Below the pieces are notes generated by a model, which had not been told where the DNA came from, did no database searches, and worked only from the letters and a program-made list of their open reading frames with translations. This document shows, in pieces, positions 36,601 to 50,526 of a DNA stretch of 64,000 bases. The position numbers and the translations under genes were made by a program. How positions within the stretch are numbered: the first letter of the stretch is position 1; the number at the start of each line of letters is the position of its first letter. The stretch is from Antedon mediterranea. Lineage: Eukaryota; Animalia; Echinodermata. The stretch covers positions 12,090,001 through 12,154,000 of the forward strand of contig NC_092674.1 in assembly GCF_964355755.1 (NCBI RefSeq). Reading direction: 5' to 3'.

Positions 36601-39600
36601 AACAATACAGGAGCAAACTATATTGTCATACACGCTTGACCATTGGTGGGCTGAGGTGAGCACATGTTTAAATGTGGCACCTCTTAGAAGCCTATGAATG
36701 GCACAGAATTAAAGAAATAGACCTCACACTTGCACGATCATGTAATTATTATTTACCGCATGTTACAATTATTATACTACTCAAGGTAATCTAACAACAA
36801 GATGCTGAGCTCAATGTCATCAAAGATTGCGACATCCACGCTCCCAAAAAGTTTGACTGATTTTTGCTTGGACAATTGGTTTCTACAAAATGCAACTGGT
36901 GACCGCAACTAGAATTTGTCGAAGCCAATCATAAGATCAAAGGACTGTTACAAAGTCCTATCATGGCAAGGTGGGCGTATCATGCTGTTGTTAGATTATT
37001 GCCATATACTGTACTAATTAAATACCTTTTTTCCTTCTGATACAGTTGTAACCATGACGACAACCGTAGACTTCTCTTGCAAAACCATCCTCCACATATC
37101 ATTTGTAGATGCTACATTTGGCCCTGTAAGAACAATGATATAATTATTATTACCATGAATTTCAGTTGTGAGAAAAAAAAAGTATAGCAGCATAAATTCA
37201 ATGTAGAGAAAAATGTAATGTAAATCTTATAAATGACGCAACTTAAAACAATCATTACCTTGACATGCAATGAATTCCTGTGATTGTTCAAATCCCTAAA
37301 ATTGACATTTAGAAAAATTGTAAATAAAATGACTAGTTAAACAGTGTTTAACTCTATATCAAATATATCAAAACCGATGGATATTTATTCCTAACCTTCG
37401 TTTCTTAATTCTATATAACTTAACTTACAGTAAAGGCAATAAAGTTGTATCAAACCACGAAAGAATTATAATACTCAGTCAGCTTTAAGAAAATATAAGA
37501 GAGGTTTGCCATACTTCCCAAAAGTATAAATTACTATTTCTAAAGCTAGTAATTATATATATTATATATACTGTATATATATTTAATATACAGATGCATG
37601 GCTTCTTATGATTTAGAAAAAGTGAATATACTGCATCAGTCTCAACGAATATACGAAATCACCAAAGATGATAAATAAAATAATAAAATACATACATCTA
37701 TATAAGAAGCGTTTATATAGTCAGATCCAGCAATATTTTCTTCAGATTGCAAAACCACTCTGGAAAGATCATCTGAAATAAGTATTATATATCACTTCAA
37801 TAAAATACTTCGAGTAAATTTGGAAATAAAACACGTGTAATGGTTACAGAAATTCCATTTAAAGAATTGGACTGATTACAAAATTAATACAAAATAATAT
37901 AAACAAACGAATATAATGAGCAATAACAATTATTATTATTATTGTTTAATGAAAAACTCAACTGAACTCACATGGAATAACATTTGCATATCTGTTCTTA
38001 GTCTTGTTTACCGAGCTTTTTGCTGCTTTCCATGGATGCAGTGGTCGATTACCAATGTCCTTTAGAAAACAAAAATATTCATATTTTACTTATTCAATCA
38101 ATACAGTAATGTAAATGTTTTCCCTACTAATTAAACGCAGACAAATGTTTTGAAGTTATAATTTCAAAAGCATTGAACCCATGAAGCCAACATTAGTATG
38201 ATTTTGCTTTAGGGTTTATATTTATAACATTAGCTTTAGAAAATAAATTTCAGATTGAACATACCTCGAACTCCTTTTCAAAGTTTTTCACTGGATCAAT
38301 ATTCTTTGAAAAGACGTACGATTGAAGATCTTGAATAGCAATTGGTTGATGTGTAACTTCATGTGTACTGGTGTTGGTATAGATTGGTTCTAAGTCAATC
38401 TCATTGTTAGAGATGCCTCTTTCATCATTCATGCTGGTGTCATTGTCGGCATAATTATCGACTGGTCTGTCGGCCTGAATTTTTCCTGATATAGTAGTAT
38501 ACGCAAATGTACATTTAGAAGAATTTATTCGTAGAAATTATAATCGGTTTATCATGTTAAGATCATTGATATTGTTAAAATAGTAGACATGTAAGTACTG
38601 TAATTACACTTTTAAGTAAACAATTTTAACCTGTTTTATCTTCTGGCAAAACAGGTACAAAGTCTTCAGATGGTCTTTGATCAGAGTGTTTTGATATCTG
38701 ATGTCGTCTGTAGATAAGATAAGAAATACCTAATTCATTTGTAGTTAACTGTAACATTTTGTTATGGCTACATTATCAAGGCTATTATAATTGTGAAGTG
38801 TTACGATTTAAGGAACGAAAATATAGAAACATGAATTATATTTATATTGCAAATGTTAACAAGTTCCGGTAATTTAGCACAAAGAAATAACACTTTACTG
38901 TCAAAAAACTCAATTAGTGAGGATTTTACAAATACTGCTCTGTTTGGTGCACTGTTTCAGCCTGCACTGCATGTGTATAAATGATTAATCACTAAAACAA
39001 CATCATGTTTATGTACCTTTTTATCATTATTAAATAAATAATGATAATTAGTGTAATCACAACAGCTGCAGATCCGGTAATTGATCCTATAATAAGACCT
39101 ACAACAAGAGAAAAAAAATATTATTCTGTATATTAAGATGAGTCTGCATTGTTTAACTACACATCCAGATTACAGATATTAGTAAGATAGGCCTACTATC
39201 TTATAATTACACTGTATTGGATACTTAGCTTTAATGTTCTAAAACTAACATTTCCAACTATACGGTAGTAAGGCATACAAAACATTGTTCTGACAAGTTC
39301 GTCACATACCTGTGTTTGATGCTTCTTCTTCTTGAGCTAATGTTGTTATACTAGATTCCTTTGAAAATTGGCCATACCCTTTTAATGTCATTGCTGCTAC
39401 CTAACAAAGGTGAAGAATTTGTTGAAACTATTATAAAAATAAAAATGTTTCAACATTACTAATGCCAAACAATTTTTATATGGTTCCAAATTTATATTTT
39501 AATTCAATTCATTTTTATTGGTCTCATTCAAAATACAGAATCAGAAAATATTTGTTCATTCACTCTAGCAGATAAAAAAGTTAAATAATTATTTAGATTG

Positions 39601-42600
39601 TTAATTATAATACCAATAGTGGACAATGGATGATTTATTGTCGTGTGCTAGGCTAAAATCTGTACTTACTTTCACAAGGTAAATTTTATTTGGGAAAATG
39701 CCGTCTTCTATTTCTATGTTCTGTTCTGTAGTTGTCTTAAACATCTCCTCGGTGTTATCCGAGGTGATAGAGATGTTGTAAATTTCTACTTTACATGAAT
39801 TTATAAAAGATGGAGACCATTCTAAAGAAATAGACGTCTGAGTAGATGAGGTTTCGGTTATATTTGGAATTCCCGGAACTGTAACACAAGAATTAATCAA
39901 ATGTGATTGTTTTTTAAAATGTTAATTCCTGAAATCTTTAAATTAATTCCCAAAACCAAATATTTTCATAATAGAATAATAGACCAACTTGATATTTAAA
40001 TATTTCAATTTATGCAAATTAGACATTATTGTTGATTTGTTTACTATATTTTTATATATTATATTTTATTTAGTTACATAAATCGTTATCGTTTTCATTA
40101 TATTAAAAGTACGTTTCTGTTTTTTCGCTTTGGTGATGACAAATGTCAATAGGCTACAATTCATTCCAAGCTTAAGCTTTCATTTATGTGTTTAGCCTAA
40201 TTTGTTAGTCGCATAAAAAGAGAACTTTTCACAAATTCAACCATCCCAATAAAAAAGACTAATAATTCATTGTTACAACAAACATCGCTGCTATCTCTAC
40301 TGATTACTACATCATTAATTACTAACTAAATATATTATAATTGCTATACACCCCTCAATTGCTTTGTTTTGTTTGTTTGTTTTTTTTAATGTTTAACTTA
40401 CATGCGGTCAGTGTTGTCATTATCATTTTGTCGGCAGGACCGGTGACGTTTTGAAATGATGCAGATACTTCAAATGTATACGTAGTACATGGTTGTATAT
40501 CGTTGTCAAATAGAAGCTGCGTTTTTTCCGTAGTTCCTACTTGATTGTTAATTTCTGTGCTGAGTGAGTAATGATACATTATCTTACTTTCCACTTCTTT
40601 GCTACATGTTGATTTATTCCATGATATAACTATTGATCGTTCCTCGGCTGTGTGTTTTTGTAACGTTGTATCTAAATAATACAATGTCATATAGTATTAT
40701 TGTTCTATTCTATTTCAAAGTCAATCGAACATCAAAATGATAATAGAAAAAAAAATCAGTAGAGTTAGTAAAGATAGTTAATTAATTAATTCTGAATAAT
40801 CTATTGCGTCGTGATAAGTTTTGGGATATTGGAAAAAAGCATTCTTTAGTGGAAAAAACAAAGCAAAATATGATTGACACCAAGCAAGAAAGACAAACTT
40901 CAACACAATTCAATTCAATTTATGTAGGCCTACGTGTATTACTTATACGGCAAACAAAAATTGCCAGCAAAAGTAAAATACCTGACGGTGCTGTTAGTTG
41001 ATTATAATCGTCACTCCATGGTCCAATAAAATGTTCATTATTAACAAATCTTGCTTTAAAACTATATTCAATGCATTCCGATAGATTTTGAAAATTCAAA
41101 GCATTGTCGCTATCATTGGCAGTGTTTATTTCTCCATTGGGTAATACAACTTGAACTTGATAAAGTATAATGTCGTCACATTGAATGCTGTAAGTACTGT
41201 CATCAGCCACCTGCAATATTAATCAAACAGTCCATCGAATAATTTGAGTTTACGTAACATTTTGAGACGGGTAATATTCATTACAAAACTTGTAATACAA
41301 TGATTTCCTGCAGAACTACTAGTAGATAGTCAAAAAGACGAAAATTGCAAATTTGTTTTTGTACTTTACTCTACTGACATTTGAGGGATGAATTGTGTTG
41401 GGGAGAGATTGATGAACGCCTTTAATAAATATTTTAACTGATGATGTTATAAATATGTTTTTATTCCTTTTGTTTCTGTTTTTATTTGCTATTACAATAA
41501 AAATAAACAGTTTTCTTTAAATTACTTTTACCTGAATGTTGATGCCAATTTCCTTTCCAGAAACAGACGTGAATAACACATTCGGCGAAACCATAGGTTC
41601 TATACATATAAATACAGGCATTGAACAAATTGTACCGTATTAATACAAAAACATAGGTTGATATGTACGAGGCATTATATAAGCCGTTCTATTATATAGA
41701 TATAAATTTGTTATCAGGTTAAAATAAATATTGTAAATATTCTTAGTAACAGTACAAGGCCATATAGATGGCTGCAGTCACGTGCTTAGTGTTTACCGAC
41801 CGACCGACCAACCTACCGACTGACCAAAATTACTGAACATGTTTAAAAATGTTGAAATGTTTAAAAACAGTTATATTTTTTTAATTTACACGTGCGTAGC
41901 CTGTCACTTTTGACGTGCTCGTATAACGTAATTTCGAGTTGAAAAGTAAGTCAAGAAAACAAAAATCGGGCAAAAAAAATGCGCAATAACATTTAACGTG
42001 CAGTGCGCGCGCAAAAATCTGCGCACTCATGGCAATTTTGTAAACGCTTAAAATCACATGAAACGTACTCTTATTTCATCGAAAATAAATTTTGAAAATT
42101 GTAAGCGCGCGTACGCATGCGTTACATGCGCTACGCACGTAATTGTATTGCCATATGATGAGTTATGCCCTGAAATGTATGAGTACCAAATTTTATTTAA
42201 TTGTGATTCATGGTTGTGAAGATATGTTTACAAACGTGATTTCGTTAAATCGTGCGTAGACCGCGTAATTTTTTATTGCGCACCGTGAAAACATAACCAC
42301 ATCGATTCCTGGCCATAAGGAATATACTGTGAAAAATTGACGTAGCTAGATTAAACTGATATCAAGATAAGGTCAGAAAGCGATAAAACGCATAGTGATA
42401 CCGGACCGACAGACAGACCGACAGACCGACAGACCGACTGAACTATAGAGTTGCTTCCACGCGACTAAAAAGGCAAATGAAACAAACTATAATCACCTAA
42501 TCCTCTTGTTTTTTTATTATAATGTTGATCATTTATTTATGGTGATAATAAGGGCACAAAAACTATAATAAAGTAACAATAGATACGTTGTATATTTACC

Positions 42601-43642
42601 TGAGCAAATTGTTTGTGTTTCCCCTTGTGGACTCGGTGGACCAGTAGAGTCTGTATCATAAACGTTCCTTGAATGTCGAGCGTAAAATACAATATTGTCT
42701 TTAAGTTCAAGTCCGGTTACATTCACAATATTAGTATGTCTGCTTTTCACAAATGACCATTTGGTATCTGTACTCAACCTATACCAAAGTTGATGTTCTG
42801 TGATGGTTCCTGTTCCATAATCTTCACCATAGATCCAGTTTACGTCAAAAGAAATAGATGTTGCCATCTGTTTAATGACTCTTGGCGGTTCTCTCATGTA
42901 AGGCAAAGCTTAATAATAATATATCAAAGAGGTTAAATTGCCTATAATACTCTATAATGTTATTACCTACGTAACACCACACACAATAAACGTTGAACTA
43001 TAAACATAACAGATCTACTTCAATTGTTTAGAAACGGTAAGAAATTGGTTTATATTATAATTAAGTAAATATCTAAACAACGTACCAACACTGCAGTTGG
43101 GTCCAGCCCATGCTTCATCACAACCATCATCACAATTTCCATCATCCCGATTACAATTATCAGAGTTGTTACAATGACATGGATAGTTACACAATTCTCC
43201 AAAGTTGCCCACCGGACATGGGCCTGTTGATACTAAGGTTTAAAAATATATAAAAAAAAAATCATACATCAAAATGTGTTAACCATGAGTACACACTCGA
43301 TTGTTCACAAACTAACATAACTTAATTAAGAAATTTTTCAATCTGATCTTTCAAACGATCATTTTACAAAAATAAACATACCTTGGCACTGTGGGCCTTC
43401 GTGTCCATCAGAGCAAGTAGATGTACAACCTGTTGCTTTGTGACAATTGTTTTGACAATTGCATTTCATTTGGCATCCGGAACCATACAATCCATCAGGA
43501 CAATCTTAACATGTAGAAACACGTATGTTATGTATACGAATGAGAAAATTTGTAAATAACTTAGTATCTTATGATTTTCACAGAGAACAGAGACCTGTGT
43601 TGTATTGTTTTATGTGTGTGATGATGATGATGATGATGTTGT

Positions 43643-43673
<31 letters not shown>

Positions 43674-46600
43674 GAAGATAACGATGAAGATAACGACAAC
43701 GATGAAAAATAGCGAACATTTGATTTACAGCTGACATAGTAGGCCTATCGTCAACGTTTGACTACCTTACGTTGTTTGTCAACGACCAGCCGAAATCGTC
43801 TAAATAATTATTATAACGGTTATAATAAACAAAATAAAGAGACGGTTTATTCGGTGCTATATAGAGAAACATAATATTGTTTTTAATCACTATTTTGATA
43901 TTTTGTTTTCTATTAATATTTTGACAATGCACAGCAAGCATGTATTTCATCATTGTTGACCTTAAATGATAATATTATTTTTGCTATATATTGAATACGT
44001 AAGACATTTAAACATTATTTACTATCTTTGCAATCCAATCCTTGGTATCCAGCAGTACAACTGCAGCCAACAGGATCAGGAGGACAGACCAATTTACCTC
44101 TGCAAGCATCTGAATTTTCCGAAGAGCACACAGTCTCACAATCACGACCCCAATAGTTATAGTTACATGCTATGACCAAAAATGATTTTTTTAAAGTTTT
44201 TCCTGTAATTTTGATGATTTTTTTTATTGATTGATTGATTGATTTATCAAACATTTCCTTATTTTAAATAGTGTAAATCACGTTATGAATCATAAATACG
44301 TAGCACAAATGGGTTCCTATTATATTTAAGGAAGTATTAATAAATGTATTTGCCTACATAATAAAATTATTTAAATAAATTATGAAATATTAATTTATGA
44401 AGTTAAAATATAAAAATCGGAAAATGAGTAAAATTGAATTCTCTGATATGCCTATAAGTTCTATTATAGAAAGTCAAGTTAATCGGAATAAAAATGGAGC
44501 CAGAAGGCAAGTTACGAAACTAAACAAAATGTTTTATTTGTATAGCAAGCTCTTGTAATAGTAGTAATGCTTTAATGATGCTGTAGTAGGCCTCGCATTA
44601 TCACTGTTAGTGCCCTTCCGTTCCTGACGTGCAGTCGATATTATTTAGTCAACATTGGTTATGAGAAGATTATGCAGAATATCATAATGTTAATTACAAC
44701 ACTCAGTGTGTATGATAATTTGATAGGAAGGTGTAAGGTTAAAGATGTATTGTCCCTTGAAACACAAAAAAATGAAGGTCAAAATATTCTAAATTTAAAG
44801 TGGCCATATCAAAGTAATATTAAAGTTATTCACTTTAAGTCGAAAATTTGAGCAAAAAACAACAAGTTTACGTAATTAACAGGTAAATTAGTTTGATTAC
44901 ATTTCATCTGGAAAATCGTCACGAGCGAAAGTAAACAAAGATTTCAAACCATGAGTTATGCATTATGCATATGCTAAATTAGGATTGTTTACAACTCGTC
45001 ACGGTTAAGAAGGTATTTTCACACAGATCATGAGGAAGTTTTATGATTATGCATACAGAGTAGCCAAACAAGCGCGTTTCATTATGGGATATGTTTTGAT
45101 TAAAAACTTTGACTGGAAGTCAAAGTTATTTTTTTAACAAAAAAAACGTCTGTATTTCAGTTAAAAATTTTTTTTTTTCGAAAAATGTTTGGTGATAGTT
45201 AATAACTATTATGAAATCTTTTATTTTTTATTTTTTTGGAATTAGTCAAAGGGACAATACATCTTTAAGTCTATTTTAACATTATAAGAAGTTAAGTGTT
45301 AGGACTATATTATAGGTCTCGCGATTAACTGTTTCTTATTCTGGCTCTCTTGATTACTATGTTCGTACAATTTAGTTTAAAATGGTGTAATTACAGAGTT
45401 AAAGCTATTCATAACAATACAAATATGTTTTAATAATTCACTCAGGATATGTTGTTACATGAACCTATTCACTGTATTTGGTATGTTTATTTCTGCTGAT
45501 ATACTTTTTGTCTTTGAATGAGGACTCCCGTGTAGTATAAATTACTTCAGTTAGGTAGAATTCATAATTATATAAATCTATTTTTAACTTTAGTCAAAAA
45601 ACTGGAATACATGCTTGGGGAACGTATTGACCAATAACAAGCGACGTGATTTGTCAATCTTAGGTACTGTAGACATAGAAAGTATATATGCAAACTAAAT
45701 TTATTTTCTAGAATGTATTACCGGTATTTGTTTTCAATTATCTAGGCATCGAAACGTCAAATACCTGTTTCACATTGTATTCCTCGAAATCCAGGTGTAC
45801 AAATACACAACCCCGTTTTGTCATCACAAACTCCACCATTGTAACAAACTGGACAATCCATTTCACAAGCTGGTGGACTCCACTTTGGGGAAGGGCAATC
45901 TGAAAGTGTTATTTTATGTTATAGCTAAGTCCCAGTCGGATAAAACTGGTTGAATTAACGTTAATTCAACGTTACCTGACGTCGGAAAAGTGTTGAAAAT
46001 GAAAATTTGCATCAACGAATATGTCAACTTTGATTCAACATAGAAATGATCAACGTTGAAACAACGTAAAAATAAGTATTGTTCAAATAACGTCGGACAT
46101 TGAAAAAGGAAGATTTGCATCAACATAAATGTCAACGTTAATTCAACGTTAAAATCATCAACATTGATCCAATGTTGAAATTAGTTGAAATTGAATTAGT
46201 TGACACAACGTAATAATTTAGTTGAATAAGAAAGTTTACATCAACGTAATTGTAATTGTAGAATAATCAACTAAATTCAAGGTAAAAATTTTAACATTAA
46301 TTCAATGTAAAACTTTCAACATTTAATCAACGTATACAGATCAATGTTGATTCAATGTAAATACATTTTACCGTTGATTCAACATAAAAATTATAAACAT
46401 AACATTAAATCTGTTTAGTTGAATAACAGCGTACATAACATACATTCCAAAATAGATAAAGCTGAAATCTGTTGCATTTTCAATGGAAATACGTACTGAA
46501 GTTGAATTAGTATCTAATTTGAATCAACGGTAAAAAACAAAAGTGGTACAGTACTGGGTGTTACGTCGCAGAATCCATCAATAGTAAAATTTCATAAAAT

Positions 46601-48139
46601 ACTATTCTTTCTAATATTTAATTTCTTTAAAAACAAAAAATCATATTCAATCGGGTGTTATCAAATCCAAGCAACAATCAAATCATCCTGGATGTTCTCA
46701 GGTATAAAAGTTTAGTATCCAAAATTTAATATACGAATCAGTTTCTCAACTAACTCCATTGAATAACATATTGGCTGAATAATACGCAATTATACAACAC
46801 ACGTCACAAGTGTCGACGTGTCTCCAGTAGTAGACCATACAAGCATCCCACAGTGAGTTTAGTTTACTTTTATGACAAACGCAAGGAAAAATAAGAATGT
46901 TGATTTTTAAATTTTCCAGGTGGAATTAGCTTTAGTGCAAGTGCATTTTTTGTCTAATTATTGTACTGTTTATTGTTTTTATGAAGTTCCTTGTGAAAAT
47001 AAATTAAATCGAATTAAATTAACTCTTACCTCGTACAATCAGTCTCATTATCCCGTTATTACCATCAGGAACATTATCTTGAAAACATTCGTATACGCCG
47101 CCATCTTGTGCTCGTATATTCTCAATGTTGATTGATAGCGTGTTGTTCCATATGACGTTACCATAATTACGTCTCCATTTGAGACCATCAACTTTTGCTA
47201 ATGATTCAGCCTGTATGGTGACAGAATCACCAACGCTAACTGTCATTGTTTTCCTCAAAATATTGATATTAGCTAAAAATGATATTAACAATTTTAAAAA
47301 CGCTTTTAGTAATTATATATTTGTTAATTAATTTCGTCCATTTACAAAATGCATTTGATTATAAACTGTACTACAATAATAAGCAAAACGTAAGGCAAGT
47401 TACATTTTTGTATTTTTCGTACATTACTGTTTACGTTAAATAATTGTACCCAATGTTCATTGACAATACTGTGTTAATACTCCGGCACAGAACAAATTCT
47501 AAACCGCCCGGTGGTGATATGCTGAAACTTAATTAATTCATTTGAAACGATAACGATGAGGAAATATGTGAGAATGAGAAAAACCCAACCAAAATTTGAA
47601 CCTGGAACCTCCTGCTTGATATGCAGATGTCCTTACCATTAGACCACTGGTGTTTATGGTGTTGTTCAAATTCGATTTGATATCGACTCTTTAACACTCT
47701 TGACGGCGGCGGGATCTCCGATATCATTCATTTTCATTATCATTTTAATAATTATTAGTCAGTTACTTTAACAATGTAATGTATTCTTTACCTTCTTTAT
47801 TAATTATAACAATTGCCGTTCTTGTGCATACATCTCTTAGTTTTGCCTCAATTGAAAATACACCAACTTGGTTTGGTATTTTAGTTGAGTGGATAATAAC
47901 ACTAAGGCGAGTCCATACATCAGACGAATGTTTTAGGAGTCTAGTATCATTAGGAAAAACATACGTGTTGTCTATTGATGTTGTGGCCCAGGTTACATTT
48001 TTTAGTCCCCGTTTGTCGTTTAGTATTCCTATTGAAATGTCAGTTGTACTATCCCCTCTCAGGGTATAACCACGAACGGTTGAATCTTCAGACATAACTT
48101 GTGGTCTTTCTGAAAAGCCTGCTATATCAAGTATAAGAT
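30627..48139 (-). CDS. Receptor-type protein tyrosine phosphatase with Tie-like ectodomain (Ig x2, EGF x4, FN3 x4, TM, PTP-D1, PTP-D2); 29 exons, about 1456 aa, signal exon not located
   Basis: GT-AG exons with compatible phases and no stops: 48139-47792, 47272-47030, 45899-45765, 44169-44023, 43504-43382, 43232-43086, 42908-42600, 41599-41532, 41210-40982, 40671-40402, 39878-39670, 39400-39310, 39098-39017 (TM), 38707-38631, 38485-38265, 38059-37972, 37772-37696, 37295-37259, 37123-37026, 36498-36376, 36197-36034, 35330-35195, 34710-34561, 33511-33412, 32928-32855, 32576-32316, 31953-31802, 31524-31389, 30701-30627 (4370 nt). D1 motifs: KNRY, DYINAS, IACQGP, YWP, WPD, VHCSAGAGRTG, MVQTQEQY. 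Confidence 0.95.
30685..30834. repeat. Tandem duplication (about 73 bp) spanning the last RPTP splice acceptor
   Basis: CAAAACTGGTACTGCTCCTAAAAGATTAAGTAGTACACTTA...CATAACATACAA occurs twice (about 30685 and 30758); acceptors at 30701 and 30774. Confidence 0.92.
30876..31002. repeat. TTACAAAGTGCG minisatellite-like repeat
   Basis: Six degenerate copies of (T)TACAAAGTG(C/T)GA. Confidence 0.75.
33018..33320. mobile_element. Two adjacent degenerate copies of the 24728-type hairpin MITE
   Basis: GGACGTAA...ATAGATTATTC...TTGCGTTGC repeated twice; ends TAGTGGGAACCAAGC. Confidence 0.65.
33600..34145 (+). mobile_element. Degenerate CR1/L2-group LINE 3' end in an RPTP intron
   Basis: RRSILYYGPIIGNKL...FKHCVKKYL-like ORF2 end, then AATAAA and an (ATTACTG)n tail. 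Confidence 0.6.
34561..38059 (-). other. PTP domain D1 exons (catalytic motifs intact)
   Basis: KNRYANV, WPDKSVP, HCSAGAGRTG and QTQEQY. Exon sizes 88/77/37/98/123/164/136/150 follow the conserved RPTP D1 intron pattern. Confidence 0.95.
41754..42471 (-). mobile_element. Complete HINE/Helentron-associated element in an RPTP intron
   Basis: Minus strand: TTTTTAGTCGCGTG start, (GTCT/GTCG)n, core, (GGTC)n, subterminal inverted CACGTGACT, small GCCAT...ATGGC hairpin and CTTGT end. Confidence 0.75.
43620..43704. repeat. (GAT)n microsatellite
   Basis: About 17 GAT/GTT triplets followed by degenerate GAA/AAC triplets. Confidence 0.95.
44743..45264. mobile_element. Kolobok-type MITE, AGATGTATTGTCCC family, different interior
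   Basis: TTAA|AGATGTATTGTCCCTT...AAGGGACAATACATCT|TTAA: perfect 16-bp TIR. Confidence 0.88.
45931..46558. mobile_element. Non-autonomous element with CCCAGT...ACTGGG ends and many TCAACG/CGTTGA subrepeats (EnSpm/CACTA-like)
   Basis: 6-bp terminal inversion and a dense array of ATCAACGT / ACGTTGA motifs; no clean TSD. Confidence 0.55.
47583..47652 (-). repeat. Degenerate tRNA-derived SINE head (another weak one at about 35820-35886)
   Basis: Minus strand AGTGGTCTAATGGTAAG (A box)...CTGC-ATATCAA-GCAG...GGTTCAAAT (B box). Confidence 0.45.
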
Positions 48140-48559
48140 CTGTGACGAAAATTAAAAACGTAAAATATATTGTTTTTCTTAATAAAAAGTTAATGTAAAA
48201 CAAGAAGAAAGCCTACTTAATCCGATTATACTGTAAATAGGTCTCTGTGCACTATATGAGCAATAGGCTCGTAGATAGACACACACATCGACTATCTGAT
48301 ACGTCAACAATTATGCTTAAAATACAGCCATCGTTAAAAATCAATTAACAATTGAATATGTAAAGACGGTGAATACACCTTCACGTCAAGATGAGCCGAG
48401 AAAGAAGAAATAGCGAAACAAATAATTATATCAGAGAAAAATATCAAGTTCTACTAGCTCCAGAATCATTCACTCTTCTTGACTCTGAATGCGGGACCCA
48501 GACGGAACCAAAGCAACAGAAGTGGGTATGCTGAGGCGGGAATTTCGAACATTCCAAAG

Positions 48560-49000
48560 GGTAAGATAAACTCAATCATTTTAAATTAGGAGGCCTTGAT
48601 CGAACGAATTGAAAAGATCGAACATAAACAAACGGAACTAGAAAAATCGATCACATTTATCAGAGATTCAATCGTAGAGATGGAGAAGAAAATCGTATCA
48701 TTTTGTATGGAGATTAAAGCGGTTAAAAAATCAATGGACGCCAACTGGAACAAAGTCCCATTACTTCAAAATCATTTAATTAAATCTTTAAACTTAAGTA
48801 CAAATTCTTTTAATTTGAGATTCGGTGGAATTAAGGAAAACACAGATGAAATTCTAATTAAAATTGAGAAAATCAATGAAATCATAAAGAACGATCTGAA
48901 GCTATCGAACATTTATTACAATCGAAAACGCCCACCGTACAGAAAAGCCACGTACTTTGTTTCAGACACAGCCCTACCAAGTACTGATGCAAGCCAAAAC
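48560..49000 (+). pseudogene. LINE ORF1 remnant (coiled coil + L1-type RRM)
   Basis: IERIEKIEHKQTELEKSITFI coiled coil, NLRFGGIKE and, after a frameshift, IENAHR. Confidence 0.65.
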
Positions 49001-49142
49001 AGGACATGTGTTGAAAAATAAGGGGATAAGGAAAAAGAAATATAGTCTCAAAGAAACAAAACAGGAACCTATACAGAATAATAACAAAGTCTTCGTAAAT
49101 ACTACGATGTATGTAAAAAAAATTAAGAAGCAATCAATTTTA

Positions 49143-49330
49143 TTTGCAGTTTCAGTTGCAGTTTCAGTTTTTATTTACCAATATAAAACATAGTGTAAAT
49201 GAATTATTATGCATAAAAAATTTAAGGATGACCAAAAAAGAGCAAAGCTCGTACAGTATTTGGCCACCTTAGCAAAATAATTAATACATGATACAAACAT
49301 AATTGAAGCATGTAATTGTACATGAAAACA
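49143..49330 (-). mobile_element. LINE/SINE 3' end
   Basis: Minus strand AATAAA followed by (AACTGA/AACTGC)n tail; stem-loop at about 49224-49270. Confidence 0.5.
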
Positions 49331-50101
49331 CCTTTTGATAACTTATGAATATCATACACAGTTAAGTTAAGACTAGCAAATAATGGTGGTGAATGCTTGT
49401 GTTGCTCCTATTTTAGCTGCATCGTGCCTTTCCGAGAGATAGTCCAGTCCCTAAAGGGGAAAAAAGGGGTGGGATGTTACCAGACTGGATACAAATTTTT
49501 CAATATAGCAGTTTGGTAGAGAATAGTGTGGAGATGCCAAAACAAAGTTCCTGGAAATCTGATTTGACCTCTGTGACCTCTGACCTCAATTTTTATATTT
49601 TTCTATTATATAACTAAAAATCGCCATATCTTGACAACGCATGGACATTTTACATTAATTTTTTTTGTCAAAATGTTTAGAAGGTATGTATTCATATTCG
49701 TTACAATAAAAATTGTACAAAAATGGCCGCAAAGGCTTTATTTTTTAGTTTGACCTTTGATCTTAATTGCCAAATATCTCAATAACGCGCAATCCCAGAG
49801 ATTTGAGAATAGGCTCAAAATGTTATAAAAATAAATCTAATATTTAGTCTAATAGAAACTTTTTCAAAAAATTACCATAAATTAAGCTTTTTTGACCCTT
49901 GACCTCTAATGTTTGAGTATGTCGATATCTCGGTAACTGTTTGTCCTAAAAAGCTCAGTTTTGTGTCAAATTGTTCAGAATATACACATTTATATTTGCT
50001 CTAACATAATGTTTTGTCAGAATTCAATTGGAAATGTCAATTTGAGCTATGACCCATCGTTTTGCATATATTTAGCAACTAATAATCTATAAAAAAAAGA
50101 G

Positions 50102-50338
50102 AACGAGAGAGGCAGGGGAGGGGGTTGGGGTGGATGGAGAGACACATATTTGTCTACACTATAAAACTTTATGTGACAAAAAATTGTGATGCGCCTATAT
50201 ATAAACACGATGACATCATATCACTACCATATTTGGGGACATCACACCTTTTTTGTTAAACTAGTTTGATAGTGTAGACAAACATGTAAAAAATATGTGT
50301 CTTTCCATCACCCCAACAACTTCCCCATCTCTCGCTTT
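50102..50338. repeat. Nested hairpin: MITE 50152-50280 flanked by a second pair of inverted arms
   Basis: TGTCTACACTAT...ATAGTGTAGACA lies inside GGGGTTGGGGTGGATGGAGAGACACATATTT / AAATATGTGTCTTTCCATCACCCCAAC. Confidence 0.7.
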
Positions 50339-50526
50339 TCCAATGCTACTGCATGCATCTATACAAATCAAAATGGCCGGAATTGTACTGGAAAGTTTTT
50401 AGCTACATTTGAAAATAAGTCCCAGAGGATGGGTGTATTGTAATGTTATCAGAATTATTGCAATTGTTTGTAATGGGAAAGTTTCAAAACTACATTTGAA
50501 ATATTTGCTAATAATATCACATGCTA

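Noticed and set aside
43525-43734. Poly-Met ORF
   Set aside because: Translation of the intronic (GAT)n microsatellite.
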